Positions 52,410-64,000 of a stretch of DNA of 64,000 nt are shown one piece after another. Position 1 is the stretch's first letter; each line of letters opens with the position of its first letter. The DNA lies in NCBI RefSeq assembly GCF_004010195.1, contig NC_057719.1, positions 41,982,139 through 42,046,138 of the forward strand, given 5' to 3'. The stretch is from Chiloscyllium plagiosum (Eukaryota). The notes below the pieces were generated by a model, which did not search any database, had not been told where the DNA came from, and was given only the letters and a program-made list of their open reading frames with translations. The position numbers were made by a program, and so were the translations under genes.

Positions 52410-52865
52410 TTTACCAGGATGCTGCCAGGGCTGGACAGTCCCAGTTATGAAGAGAGATTAACACACTGAGGTTGTTTTCCTTAGAGCAGAGGAGATTGAG
52501 AGGAGACATGATTGAAATATGTCAAATGATGAGGAGCACAGTTAGGACAACAGAAGAAACTTTTCCCCCTGGATGGAGAGATCAAAGACCAGAAGCAGGG
52601 ATTTAAGGTGAGGGTCAGAAGGTTTAGAGAAAATGTGAGGAAAAACTTTTTCACCTGGATTCTGGATCTCACTGCCTGTAAGGGTGGGAGAGACAGAAAC
52701 CTCCTAACATTTAAGAAGTGTTTGGATGTGCACTTAAAATGCAAAGGTACACAAGGCTAGAAAGTGGGATTAGAATCAAAATTAGATGATTGTTTTTGAC
52801 TGCCACAGTCACAATGGGCCGAAGGGCTATTTTTGTTGCTGTAAAGATCTGTGATTCTATGACTT
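52410..52865 (+). mobile_element. CR1 LINE 3' end
   Basis: tttaccaggatgctgccagggctgga..ttagagcagaggagattgagaggagacatgattgaa..gggccgaaggg..(tctatgac) tail. Confidence 0.8.
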
Positions 52866-53878
52866 GTCTCTATGATTAGATTCCACAATAATTATTATAA
52901 AGTGAATGACTCTATTTGAGTAATTCTGTCCAGAGTTGCTGCTTTATTTTTTTTACGAGAGAGCCTTGGCTGTGAAGCATAATTTACAATTCAATTATAT
53001 CTGCAGGGAATAGTAGTGCACTTCAGGTTTCATTCGAAATGGCTTGCCTGAGATGATCTTGTTTTGAGATTTAAATTTAAACCATGTAAGACGTCTGGCC
53101 ATTTAGATGGTATTGAAATAGCAATATTATACTTAATGTTACACATTGTGTTGACCTGAAGGTAGTCACTGTATTAAAACAGTTACCGATTTCCTTGTGT
53201 TTCATCGTGAGCTAATCTTAAATCCATGTCATTGGTATCAATTCCTGCAAGATACACTCTGCTCCCTTGTATACTCAAAATCTCATTACTCCCATGGCTT
53301 TCTGACTCAAGCAAGTACCTTATCAGCAGCTTAGCTGTATTAAGTCATTCTTCATTGAAAAGAAAATTTGCTGTTTTTTCTCAGTTGTTAAATAAAAATA
53401 TAATCAGAAACTGTATTTTTCTGAAGGCCACATTCATTATAATGAAAATTCAAAAACCTGTTCAAAAATGATCAAAAATCCACTCACAGTTTGAGGGCCT
53501 GGCAGAATTTGAAAGGTCAGAAAGGCTCATCTCAAGCTAGTTATAGTCAAATATATCTGGCAATGGAAAATACATTTTTGTGGCATAACCTACTTTTTCG
53601 GGAAGTTAACAGATGCTCTTTGCATTTGAAGTTGTTCAAAGAGTTCATTGTCCTTGTTGTAGTGTCATGTAAGATGCTGTGGAGAATTTCAGAACCACAA
53701 ATTTGCTATGTGACTCCATTGACTGGGCTAGCTGGATAAATGAAGCATTACTTTTATATACAATGATCAATTGATTCAAATAGATTTAGTCAGTCAAAAA
53801 CATGGGAACAAAAATTATGACAACTAAAGCCAAAATTCATTGCTAGCTCTACAAGTTGAACCCTAAACTAATAACACT

Positions 53879-54755
53879 CAGGTAGTTCTCCTATAATGCC
53901 TTAGTTGCGTTCCAGTGAAACTTTGCTTAATAGAAAATTGCTTAGTAGAAATAAGTGGGCCTATGGGAAAAGTGGGAAAAGTGGGGTTAGGAGCAAAAAA
54001 TATCACTCATGATTGCTCAAAAACCACCCAAAAGTCTAACACAAAGTCTAGCACAGCCTGAATGAAGGCATATGTCATTTTTATCAACAAAACAAAAATA
54101 AATTTAACACAGTGAATTGTTAATGCAGGGACAAAGGGTCATCATGGTGCATAAGGTAGACTCCCTCATTTCTGTTAAGCGAGATACAACACATGTTCCC
54201 TCCTTACGCTCAAACCCTTTTATAATATCGATTTTCTCTTCGAGTGTTACAGCTTTTCTTGTGCATTCATGACCCACAATTTTATCTCCAGGATGCTTCT
54301 TGCTAACATTCTTGTCACTATGCCATTCCATGTTTTCAAGAAAAGGGATAATCTAGGAATAGTGTCCCTTTCACAGGATCAATGTATCTCTCAATGATGC
54401 TTTCAATACAGTGCGTCTCACAGAAAGCTGCTCCCTCTATAGTACCTCTCACAGAGAGCGGCTCTGTAGACAGCTGACTTGATGAAGGGCTTTTGCCCGA
54501 AACGTCGATTTTGCCTGTCCTCGGATGCTGCCTGAATTGCTGTGCTCTTCCAGCACCACTGATCCAGAATTCAGCACATGTGTAGAACGGCACGGACATC
54601 GGCGCATGCACAGAACAAAGGGCGCTAAACAATCTGCGCTGGCATTGCACTATTGCGAACAGAGGTAAGCATTCTCGAAAATACTATTCCTTAATTCCTC
54701 AGCAACGTTATAAGCAAATTGCGCTGCCGGAATGCGCATTATCTGAGAACTGTCT
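53879..54755 (-). mobile_element. Internally deleted Tigger/pogo-like DNA transposon with N-terminal CENP-B/psq HTH remnant
   Basis: Inverted ends caggtagttctcctataa / ttatctgagaactgtct; minus ORF 54104-54331 RKAVTLEEKIDIIKGFERKEG..VVSRLTEMRESTLCTM matches the pogo-family N-terminal HTH pattern. Confidence 0.75.
54479..54570 (+). mobile_element. Short Penelope-like terminal repeat (family B) inserted in the Tigger element
   Basis: tgatgaagggcttttgcccgaaacgtcgattttgcctgtcctcggatgctgcctgaattgctgtgctcttccagcacc. Confidence 0.8.
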
Positions 54756-57514
54756 TTTTCACACATGCAAATCTCAAGAAGTGTGGCTGAAATACTTTTG
54801 TTTTCAGGTCCAAAATGATCAGAAGACATGCCAGATTAGTAAATTTGATCTATATCCAATCTGCATGCCCATAATTTAGGGATCTAATGCCTATTATAGA
54901 ATGCCTTGGAAAAAATAGCAAATAGTGAGCAAGGTCAGGATTAAGCTTTAAAGATAAACTGTATGCAAATGTTTAAATGTAAGATCAATAAGTTGTTCCT
55001 GTTACATGCATACAAATCAAAAAGTTGAATAATCAATCTTTAGTTCTCCTGATTTAAAAAAAATATAAGAATCTTCTAACAAAATACCTGTTTTCCTAGC
55101 CTGAAGGGTGAATCCATCAGTTCTATCAATATTTTAAGGAAATGCCATTCCATCAACACCAGTCCCCTGAGTACATGCTGGGCTTCTGTAATGCACCTAA
55201 AGCAATTTAATAAATCTCAGTCAATGTTGATAATGAATTTGAATTTTAGATGATGAACGTGTAAATTCACAGCATGTTCTGTGAGGGTAGAATTTTATTA
55301 CACTGTTAATCAGCTGTCAAAAGAATCTGTCTGATGATTCAGACAGAAAACTCCATAACTGTTTTGAGTATTCAATGTTGGTGACACATTGTGAATACAT
55401 AACATTCACCCTGTTGCCTTTTGGATTCACTTTAAATTATTAGAGAGATCAAAGGTTAAATAAATAAATTACCGAACCGTCTAATTAGATTTCTTGATTA
55501 ATCTAACAAGTGCAGAATTATTTCATTTGACTTAGATGGAATAGATAACTCTTTCAATCAAATAGATCCTTTAAAATTAATGAGATCTGTTTAGTTTCTC
55601 CAATATAATGGACATCTTCTTCGACTTTTTCTGGTTGGGTGAATGGAAGGGAACAAACCAAGTTTACCAGTTGACCACCACTCTATCAGAAATTTGAAGA
55701 ACAGTATATTTTTTTCAAGGGAAGCTATGTTATCATCAACTAATTATTTCCTGGGATCATGTTCTTGTCCTTAGACAATTGAAGGCACAAAGGATTTTTT
55801 TCTCTGCGTGTAACATATTTAATATTTATTTCCTTTGTGCTCTCCGAATTTTGTGCTGGGGCTAGGAAACCTAAAAGGGATAATATTGTGCAGAGTCTAA
55901 ATGAAATAAGGCATTTTATGGCTATTATGGGAGGATGCTAACTCCTGGCCTTGATAGCCATACGACCTGCTGTATGTATCTTGTAGAAGAGGAGTGAAAG
56001 TAAGCCATCTGCATTACATTTAAATAGGTATTGCTGTTTTATGTAAATCACAATCGATCAGGAATTCCTGAAAACCCACTTAGTGCAATTTTAATTGTTC
56101 GAGTTGTTTTATTCACTTTTTAAATTAGCACTCAAGTAGGAATGATAGCTTTAAACGGTATCAGGGCAACTCAAAAATAATCTTCTCAGTTGTCTTGTTA
56201 ACAGAGAGAACTCCAAAGTACTTGTAGTCATCGCTAATTTATAATTCCTTCATGTGTTTTTTAAAGGAGGACTGCTGCAGCCAAAACATAACTTTGGATG
56301 TGACTTCAGTCACTGTCTTGTAGAGTTCTGTGTGGACACATAGAATGTCACACCTGCACAGAGTCAGAGACACATAAACAGACAAATGAAAAAGTCTACC
56401 ACTGATTATGAAGCAGGGGAAAGAAAGGCTATCTTAAGTGCTTATCAGTTAGCGCAGGAGGCATACTATGAAAAATTCTGTATCCTCAGGAAATATGCTA
56501 TCTTGACATACCTGGCATTTGAAAGGCTTAGGAGTTTACTTTTGACCAGTGGGTATCGGGATGCAAAATAAAAACCCACTTGCAAAACCTTTGTGAAATA
56601 ATTTTCCTTGAATTCAAATACTTCACCCCTTTCCCAATAAGAATGCCCCCTTCGAGGAACATTCCATGATGGGACAAATAGGCAGCCACACAGGCTGAGG
56701 ATTATGAACTCATCCATTGTTTCCAAAGAAGCAACCCTCCCTTAGTCAACCGAACCAACTCGGAAGGAAGGATATAGGGAGTGGGATCAGAAACTGAGCA
56801 CCCACAGGAGAGAGAGAAAAACACTGGGTGCCTTCATTCAAACAGAAAGGTTGGAGCTGAGATGAAAATTGAGGTCAAGACCTGCTTTTTAAAATAAAAA
56901 TTGATAAACAGAAGGTGCTATAATTCCAGTTGTGTGCTGATCAAGTGAGATCACAGACTGAAATCTGGCTTGATAGATTTCCTTTTCGTTTTAATGATCT
57001 GGTTTAATGATTTGGTTTTAATCATTAGTTTTGGTCACCTTTTACTGTAGCATTAGTGTTCAATGTTGCAGACTTGACTTTGACAAGAAAACAAAAAAGT
57101 TTACGATGCAAAAAAAATGAAAATAGTTTAGAATAAACCAAACTACATATATTTAACATGGATTTAAATTATTTGAAATGCAATTAATACCAAAGGCTTG
57201 CCTTTACAGAAGTCACACCCAAGGGAATGTTGTCCTTATCACATGCATAGGGTTCAATTTAATTGTACCTTCAACTCCCAAGACTCTGATATCTCCCTGG
57301 AGCCTTCACACACCCGAGCTTAAATGTTCTCATCTTAAAATAAACACTTCATGGTTTTAAGCAAACATTTCTGGTATGGAACATTCACTAAACTTCTTTA
57401 ACTTATTTAACCTTTAATTCGAAAGTATTCGATCCTTTTCTCAGGATCAACTGCCGTACACATCCAGATTCAGTCAAAAACCATGCAGAACTGACAAACT
57501 GAAACAATGAAACT

Positions 57515-58080
57515 AGACCATAAGATATAGGAGCAAACCTTGGCCATTCAGCCCATCGAGTCGGCTCCACCAATCATGGCTGATATATTTCTCAATTCCA
57601 TTATCCCAAATTCTCCCCATAATCCTTGATCCCCTACTCAATCAATAACCTATCTATCTTTACCTTAAATGTATCAATGACGCCCTCCATTGCCCCCTAT
57701 GACAAAGAGTTTCACAGATTAACCACCCTCTAGTTAAAGAAATACTTCCTTATCTCAATTCTAAAGTCTCGTCCCTTTTTTTCTGAGGTTGTGCCCTTGG
57801 GTCCAAGTCTCTCCTATTAGTGGAAACATCTTCTCCACATCTTCTCAGTATTCTGTAAGTTTCAATGAGATCCCATCTTATCCTTCTAGACTCCAGACCC
57901 TGACCTCTCAACCACTTCTCATGTAACAAGTTCCCCAAGATCATTCTTGTAAGCCTCCTCTGGACATCCTCCAACACCAGCACATCCATCCTTTCATACG
58001 GAGCCCACTGCTTCCTTTCATACTGCTCACAGGTTGTCTGCTTAGAGGCTTATGCAGCCTCAACAGTACATCTTGACTCT
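57515..58080 (-). mobile_element. CR1 LINE 3' end
   Basis: Minus ORF DVLVLEDVQRRLTRMILG..RRIRWDLIETYRIL; ccataagatataggagc tail. Confidence 0.8.
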
Positions 58081-58776
58081 TGTAAAGATCCATGCTTTGT
58101 GTGTTTCCCCTAATCAAAAGGAAAAACCCAATACTGAGATTCTAAACCAGAACCGAATGCACTGCTGCTTACTTTGTTTGTCAGTAAAACTCCTCCAATA
58201 AAAAACTAAAACATCACTCGGTAATCTCTCCAGATTTCTCTCTCCGGGTTTCTCTCAAACCATGATTTAAAAGAAATCACCATGGCTATAGAAATATTTA
58301 CAAGCTAATCAATAAACCCCTTCAGACACAGAGAAAACCCATTTGCCATGGTGACAAAAGTAACTATTAATATACCAATGTCTGGGAGCAATGGGTTTGC
58401 GCAGAAATATTAATTCAGAATAATGTTTTACATCATTTGCCAACTGCAATTCCCGTAGGAACTTTGCAGAACTCCAGGAAATAGCAAACAGTAGTACAAT
58501 GGATGTAATAATCATGAGAAACCAATCAGTACTAAACTGAAAAGCACCGGGTGCCCTTGTTGATGTTAGATGCATCTTCAGCTTTACGTTTTTAACAAAG
58601 AGCTTTCACTGACATATTGAATTCCAAAGCAGCATCCAATTTATTTTTAAAAAATCTTCCACATTACAATCCTTCCAGGAAGGTAACAGAGACTTGATAA
58701 TCTCAATGTGATATTATTATATCTGTGATATTATACTGACTGACTTAGAATATTAGGTAGAGCTGTAAAACAACTT

Positions 58777-59217
58777 AAAGTTAAAAATCACACAATACCA
58801 GGTTATAGTCCAACAGGTTTAATTGGAAGCACACTAGCTTTTGGAGCACTGCTCCATCATCAAGTAGTAGTGGAGGACACAATTGTAAGGCACAGAATTT
58901 GTAGCAAAAGTTTACAGTGTGATGTAACTGAAATTATACATTGAAAAATACCTTGATTGTCCGTTGAGTCTTTCACCTGTTCGAATACCATGATAGTTTC
59001 ACATGGTATTCGAACAGGTGAAAGACTCAACAAACAATCAAGGTATTTTTCAATGTATAATTTCAGTTACATCACACTGTAAACTTTTACTACAAATTCT
59101 GTGCCTTACAATTGTGTCCTCCACTACCACCTGATGAAGAAGCGACGCTCCGAAAGCTATTGTGCTTCCAATTAAACCTGTTGGACTATAACCTGGTATT
59201 GTGTGATTTTTAACTTT
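58777..59217. repeat. Near-perfect palindrome of two Penelope-like (family A) terminal repeats
   Basis: Arms 58777-58992 and 59002-59217 (~216 bp) are reverse complements around a 9-nt spacer atagtttca. Confidence 0.95.
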
Positions 59218-59392
59218 GTACACCCCAGTCCAGCACCGGCATCTCCAAATCATAAATTAAAGAAAAATCAACATATCAACAACCCTTTGTATAAAAGCTA
59301 TATATCATATTTTGGAGGTGCCAATGTTGGACTGGGGTACAAAGTTAAAGATCATGCAACACCACGTTATAGTCCAACAGGTTTATTTGGAA

Positions 59393-59428
59393 GCACTAGC
59401 TTTCGGAGCACTGCTCCATCATCAGGTA
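59393..59428 (-). ncRNA. Minimal type I hammerhead ribozyme motif (intact core)
   Basis: Minus strand: uac-CUGAUGA-u-GGAGC-agu-GCUCC-GAAA-GCUA-gug; helix I uac/gug. Confidence 0.65.
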
Positions 59429-60171
59429 GTTGTGAAGTATAAGATTGTAAGACACAGAATTTATAGCAAAAGTTTACAGTGTGATGCAACTGAAATTATA
59501 TATTGAAAAAGACCTGGATTGTTTGTTAAGTCTCTCATCTTTTAGAATGGCCATGTTGGTTTCAGTTCTTTCATATGTAAATCGCAAACTTATATGTGTG
59601 TGTATGTGTGACTGTGTGTGTAGAGGGGAGGAGTTGGTATGAGTGATGTGAGAGTATGTGTGTATATGTGTGAATGTGAGTGTAAAAGGGTATAAGTCTG
59701 TACCCATGTACCCCATGGGTACTAAGCTTGGCTATCAGCCTCTGCTCGGCCACTTTGTGTCGTTGCCTGTCCCGAAGACCGCCTTGGAGGATGGTCACCT
59801 GAAGGTCGGAGGTCAAATGTCCTGGACTGCTGAAGTGTTCTCCAACTGGAAGTGTTCCCTTCCATGGGGATGGCCTCAACCGGGCCCTTGGGTTCATGTC
59901 ACATACAGGTGACCCCACTGCACTACTCACTCACTCACTCTCTCTCACACACATGCACACACACCCCTTTACGCTCACACACATACACACACTTTCTCAC
60001 AGACACACATACCCCCACCCCCACACACACATGCACGTACACACACACACATTCTAAGTTTGTGGAGTGAATTTGTACTTGCAGATTTACATTCTATTTT
60101 GCTCAAAAACTGCATGAATCAATGTAAGATTCTGTAAATCCCTTTGTTAGAAATAGAATCAGTCTAAACAT

Positions 60172-60320
60172 TGTCCCATAGTGTTAGGTGCATTAGTCAG
60201 GGGTAAGTTAGAGTAGGGGAATGAGTCTGGGTGGGTTACTCTTTGGAGGGTCAGTGTGGACCTGTTGGGCTGAAGGGCCTGTTTCTGTACTGTAGCTAAT
60301 CTAATCTAATCTAATCTAAT
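60172..60320 (+). mobile_element. HE1-like SINE 3' fragment
   Basis: cccatagtgttaggtgcattagtcagggg..gggctgaagggcctgtttctgtactgta..(ctaat)n. Confidence 0.85.
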
Positions 60321-60577
60321 TGAGGCGTAGACAGCCTCCACGGGGCACCTCACACTTTCAATGCATTATCTGAACCGATATGGCACTTATTGTTAAAGTC
60401 CACTTGAGAATGTAACTTTAAAAAGAAGTTCTGATATGAAATAACTGAAACCAACATGGTCATTCTGAAAATGAGAGATTTAACAAACAATCCAGGTCTT
60501 TTTCAATATATAATTTCAGTTGCATTGCACTGTAAACTTTTGCTGTAAATTCTGTGTCTTACGATCTTATACTCCAC

Positions 60578-60618
60578 AATCACCTGATGAAGGAGCAGCG
60601 CTCCGAAAGCTAGTGCTT
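60578..60618 (+). ncRNA. Minimal type I hammerhead ribozyme motif (intact core)
   Basis: aau-CAC-CUGAUGA-a-GGAGC-agc-GCUCC-GAAA-GCUA-GUG: helix I CAC/GUG, perfect 5-bp helix II, palindromic AGCU helix III, predicted cleavage after CUA. Confidence 0.7.
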
Positions 60619-62127
60619 CCAAATAAACCTGTTCGACTATAACCTGGTGTGTGATTTTTAGCTTTGTATACTTCATATGTTTTACTCAGTCACAATAATG
60701 TGTGTAATTTTTTTCCAGGAAGTATCAGAGGTTTTCCAACTTATGTTTTTAGGAATCTCTGACCCCTTGTATTTTTTTTCGCAGGAGAATGTAAGCCTAA
60801 TATTCTTATCTATGGCTCAGAAATAAGTAATTATGCTCAAAGTGCAATAACTCTCAGGTTTAGTGCAACCATGGCTATGGTTTTCAAAATGCTTTGCAAA
60901 CAGCCTTGGAAGTGAGGAAGAGGGGAGTAGCAGTCCAGACATTATCACAAGAAGAATTGATTTTCCCAGGGTGGACAGGCAAGTCTGTGGGACTGGCAAG
61001 AGGATGTGAAGACAAGGTACTAAAGCACTTAAAGTATCATTGATCAGGACTATCATTTACTCTTTCCAACTTTGCACAAAACACACATGAACCACAATGG
61101 GGTCAAAACACAGATTTTTCAGGGCCACAGTTCAGGGCTGAATTCAACAGCCATCAGCTGAAACAGCTTGCCTTCAGAGGAAAGCTAAAGCGGTGATGCT
61201 GTACCATGTTGCTGTGAGGGGAGGAGTTGCCAGCACTTTGGAGTTAAGCATCTCTCATGATTTCTACTCACTGACATGTAGCTGCACTTAAAGCAGACTG
61301 AAGAGGGGGCTCGGGGGAGGGGCTGGATTTCAATGGCGTAGCTGATGTAAGTACGTGTGACAGTGGCCGTCAAAACTGTCAGTGTCCATCAACCTTGGGC
61401 ATTGTCCAATCAGGACTCGGGTCCTCCAGCTATGGCCACAGAAATCAGGATTTCATGGTCACCATCAGGGGGCAACCACAGGTGGGGAAGTGGGAGATGC
61501 AGCTCAACATAAGCTCCAGCATGGCCCCAGCTTGTAGCAGAGGTTGTGCCGGCAGGGAATGAGCTACCTCTGTCTCAGTTTGAAGACTTTATTTTAACCA
61601 AGTATGAGAAAACACAAATTATCCAAAGATAAGTCTTTCTATCTATGAAAAGCAGAGGCTCCATATGTATGTGCAAGGTTCCCAAATTATTCTTGCAATT
61701 CACTGATGATCCTTACTTTGAGCTACTGTTTTCACTCTGTTTTCCAGCTTTCTTATCATCATCTCCGGTATGATTCGGCTGCTTTAACCTTAAAAGCACA
61801 TTTTCTTAACTGGACAGAGTGTTCTATTCAGGAATACAAGTGCCGCCCCAACTACCCAAACTTAAGGAACTTGCCCGAATGAAAAACAAAATTGTTAATA
61901 GTTGTTTCCCTGGTGATGTTCTACATGCCTAGATCAAATTCTGTTTGAAATTCTTCATGGAGAAGCCAGCTCACTTCACGACACAAGAACTACAGCAGTG
62001 ACCAATTTGCTCAGACTTCCCTAACTGATATCCACATGTCATTGTGTTTCCTGGCATTTACCTAGGGGTGTCATTCCCTCCTTCTCAAATTTTAACTTAG
62101 CATTCTGCTAGCTAGTTTGGGTGACTA

Positions 62128-62630
62128 GAGTCATAGGGTCATACAATACAGAAACAGACCCTTTGGCTCAACTTGTCCATGCAGCCAGGTTTCCTAAACT
62201 GAACTAGTCCCATTTGCCTCCATTTGGCCCATATCTCTAAGTCTTTCCAATCCATGTACCTGTCCAAACATCTTTTAAAGGTTGGAATTGTACTCACCTC
62301 TACTACTTCTGTTAGCAGTTCATTCCATATATGCACCACCCTCTGTGTGAAAACGTTGCCCCTCAGGTCCCTTTTGAACCTTTCCCCTCTCACCTTAAAC
62401 CTATACCCTCTAGCTTTGGACTCCCTGCCCTAGAGAAAAGACCTTGACTATTCACTTTACCTATGCCCCTCATGATTTTATATACCTCTAAGGTCACACC
62501 ACAGCCTCTGTCGCTCCCGGGAAAAACATCCCAGCCTATCCAACCTCTCCTTATAACTCATCCAGTCTCAGTAACATCCTTGTAAATCTTTTTTGCATCC
62601 TTTCCATTTTAATAATATCCTTCCTATAGC
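62128..62630 (-). mobile_element. CR1 (HER1-like) LINE 3' end
   Basis: Minus ORF RGERFKRDLRGNVFTQRVVHIWNELL.EVVE..FKRCLDRYM. Confidence 0.9.
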
Positions 62631-64000
62631 TTGAGTCTGATCAAACAATAAGGCAGCATGTGAATGGAAGAAGTCAAATAAAACATTTTTCATCATTTGG
62701 GAAGAGATTTACAAAGGAACTCCTTTTGTGGCGTAAATCAATTGTCTCATGAGTATCATTTGATTTACTTGAGTTGCTCAGAAATAATTTGTCTACTGAT
62801 ATTCAAATTAAAAGAATTTCAGTGATTTATTATTTAATACACTGATAAATTTGCAAAAGTTGTAGCTTGATTATATGGCTGTCAGGGTGAATAAATTATC
62901 TTTAAAGATGGTGAAATTTTACAGTTTAAGTACATACAATCCACAGGATTTGCCATTCAGATCTGATGTACTAACTGTGATACCAGCTTGCCTTTGTGCT
63001 ATTGCTGATAGATATTCAGATATATCTCCCAAAAATTTCTCCATTACTTTACTCATGCTTTCATTTAATCCGATCCACAAAATAAATGCTGAACTTTTAA
63101 AAAGTGTGAGAAATTGAATGTGTAATAATAATCCAAGACATGGATATACCGTGTCCATAACTATTGAAGTAATTTCTTTAAACATGAAGGTATCACTAAC
63201 ACTCCCATAAAACTATACAATAGAAGTACTTCACCTATTCAATCACAGTGAATTAGTGATACAGATAAAATTATGTGGGATTAAGCAGTTTATTTTCTGA
63301 CCAACTGTGAAAAACGTTATCTTTGTTATGTTAATGGTAATTATTCCATAATCCTGCCTACTCGTTGTGAAGCAAAACATTGATGTGAAGCTTCAGCTTC
63401 TTGAATTTCATAGTAGCTGGTGTCATAAACTGAAGGTATTTAAGCAGCTTGAACCCCTTCGTCATCTGACAATGCTTTAATAATCCATGTTTGATGCTAT
63501 CTTGTTAAGCGACACAGAGGGATGTAGAAGTGTATCGAATGTAACTTGCAAAAGAATAACGCGGAATGTTATCAAGCAGCCTCTTGTTGTATTAAGGTGC
63601 TGTCGTTCATGATATCTTTGGGATTAACCACATTTAAATGTATCACAAATATGCAAAGAATACTGGAAGAATTTCAGAAAGCACCAAGAATGATCAGACT
63701 ACAAACATTTTAATAAATCTACCAAAATGCAAAGATGCTCAGAGGGACAGAAATCCAGATTGATGGTTTAGAGTTAGTTTCTTTGTTTACTCAAAAAGGC
63801 ATCAGTTTACTATAAAGGACAAGTTTTCACTGAACCTGGACATGGTCAATGCAAAAGAACCTTTTTAAAAATAACTTAAGTTTTTGTCTGAGTTATTGTA
63901 TATTATTGTAATAGAGATAATTAGTGGGACAATACTTTAAAATATACTTTTGCTCCACAACTGCAATCCTTTAATACAGATAGAAAGCTGTGATCATGGT

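Larger units (their letters stand above)
59311..60670. mobile_element. Penelope-like element (family A) with inverted terminal repeats, GIY-YIG C-terminal remnant, (CA)n tracts and nested SINE tail
   Basis: 59340-59580 is the reverse complement of 60435-60668; minus ORF PVGEHFSSPGH..DLQVTILQGGLRDRQRHKVAEQRLIAKLSTH; TG-rich 59594-59690 mirrored by CA-rich 59925-60050. Confidence 0.85.

Noticed and set aside
60770..60797. Possible micro-exon ttttttttcgcag-GAGAAT-gtaagc
   Set aside because: Splice-like motifs this short occur by chance; no supporting coding context

Overview
Eukaryotic, repeat-dominated, apparently non-coding DNA (intron or gene desert). It is very likely from a shark, judged by HE1/V-SINE, SacSINE1-like DeuSINEs and abundant CR1 fragments; this is an inference from repeat families. 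No host protein-coding exon could be supported, and nearly all track ORFs are retroelement debris or antisense shadows. Main content: (1) a near-full-length but disrupted Tx1-clade (L1-like) LINE at ~1.7-8.7 kb with ORF1 zinc knuckle, APE, RT (YADD) and C-terminal Cys motif, carrying a nested SINE; (2) a 3' fragment of a second Tx1-like family and a Rex1/Babar-like LINE; (3) many CR1/L2 fragments, some nested; (4) Tigger/pogo-type MITEs with TIRs; (5) at least four families of Penelope-like (GIY-YIG) elements whose terminal repeats carry minimal hammerhead-ribozyme motifs (CUGANGA-helix II-GAAA-palindromic helix III). There are more than 10 such motifs, at least two with intact cores, and they are repeatedly arranged as head-to-head inverted repeats, including a near-perfect ~440-bp palindrome at 58.8-59.2 kb. 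The ribozyme/inverted-repeat system is the most interesting signal. It resembles known Penelope hammerheads rather than being certainly novel.
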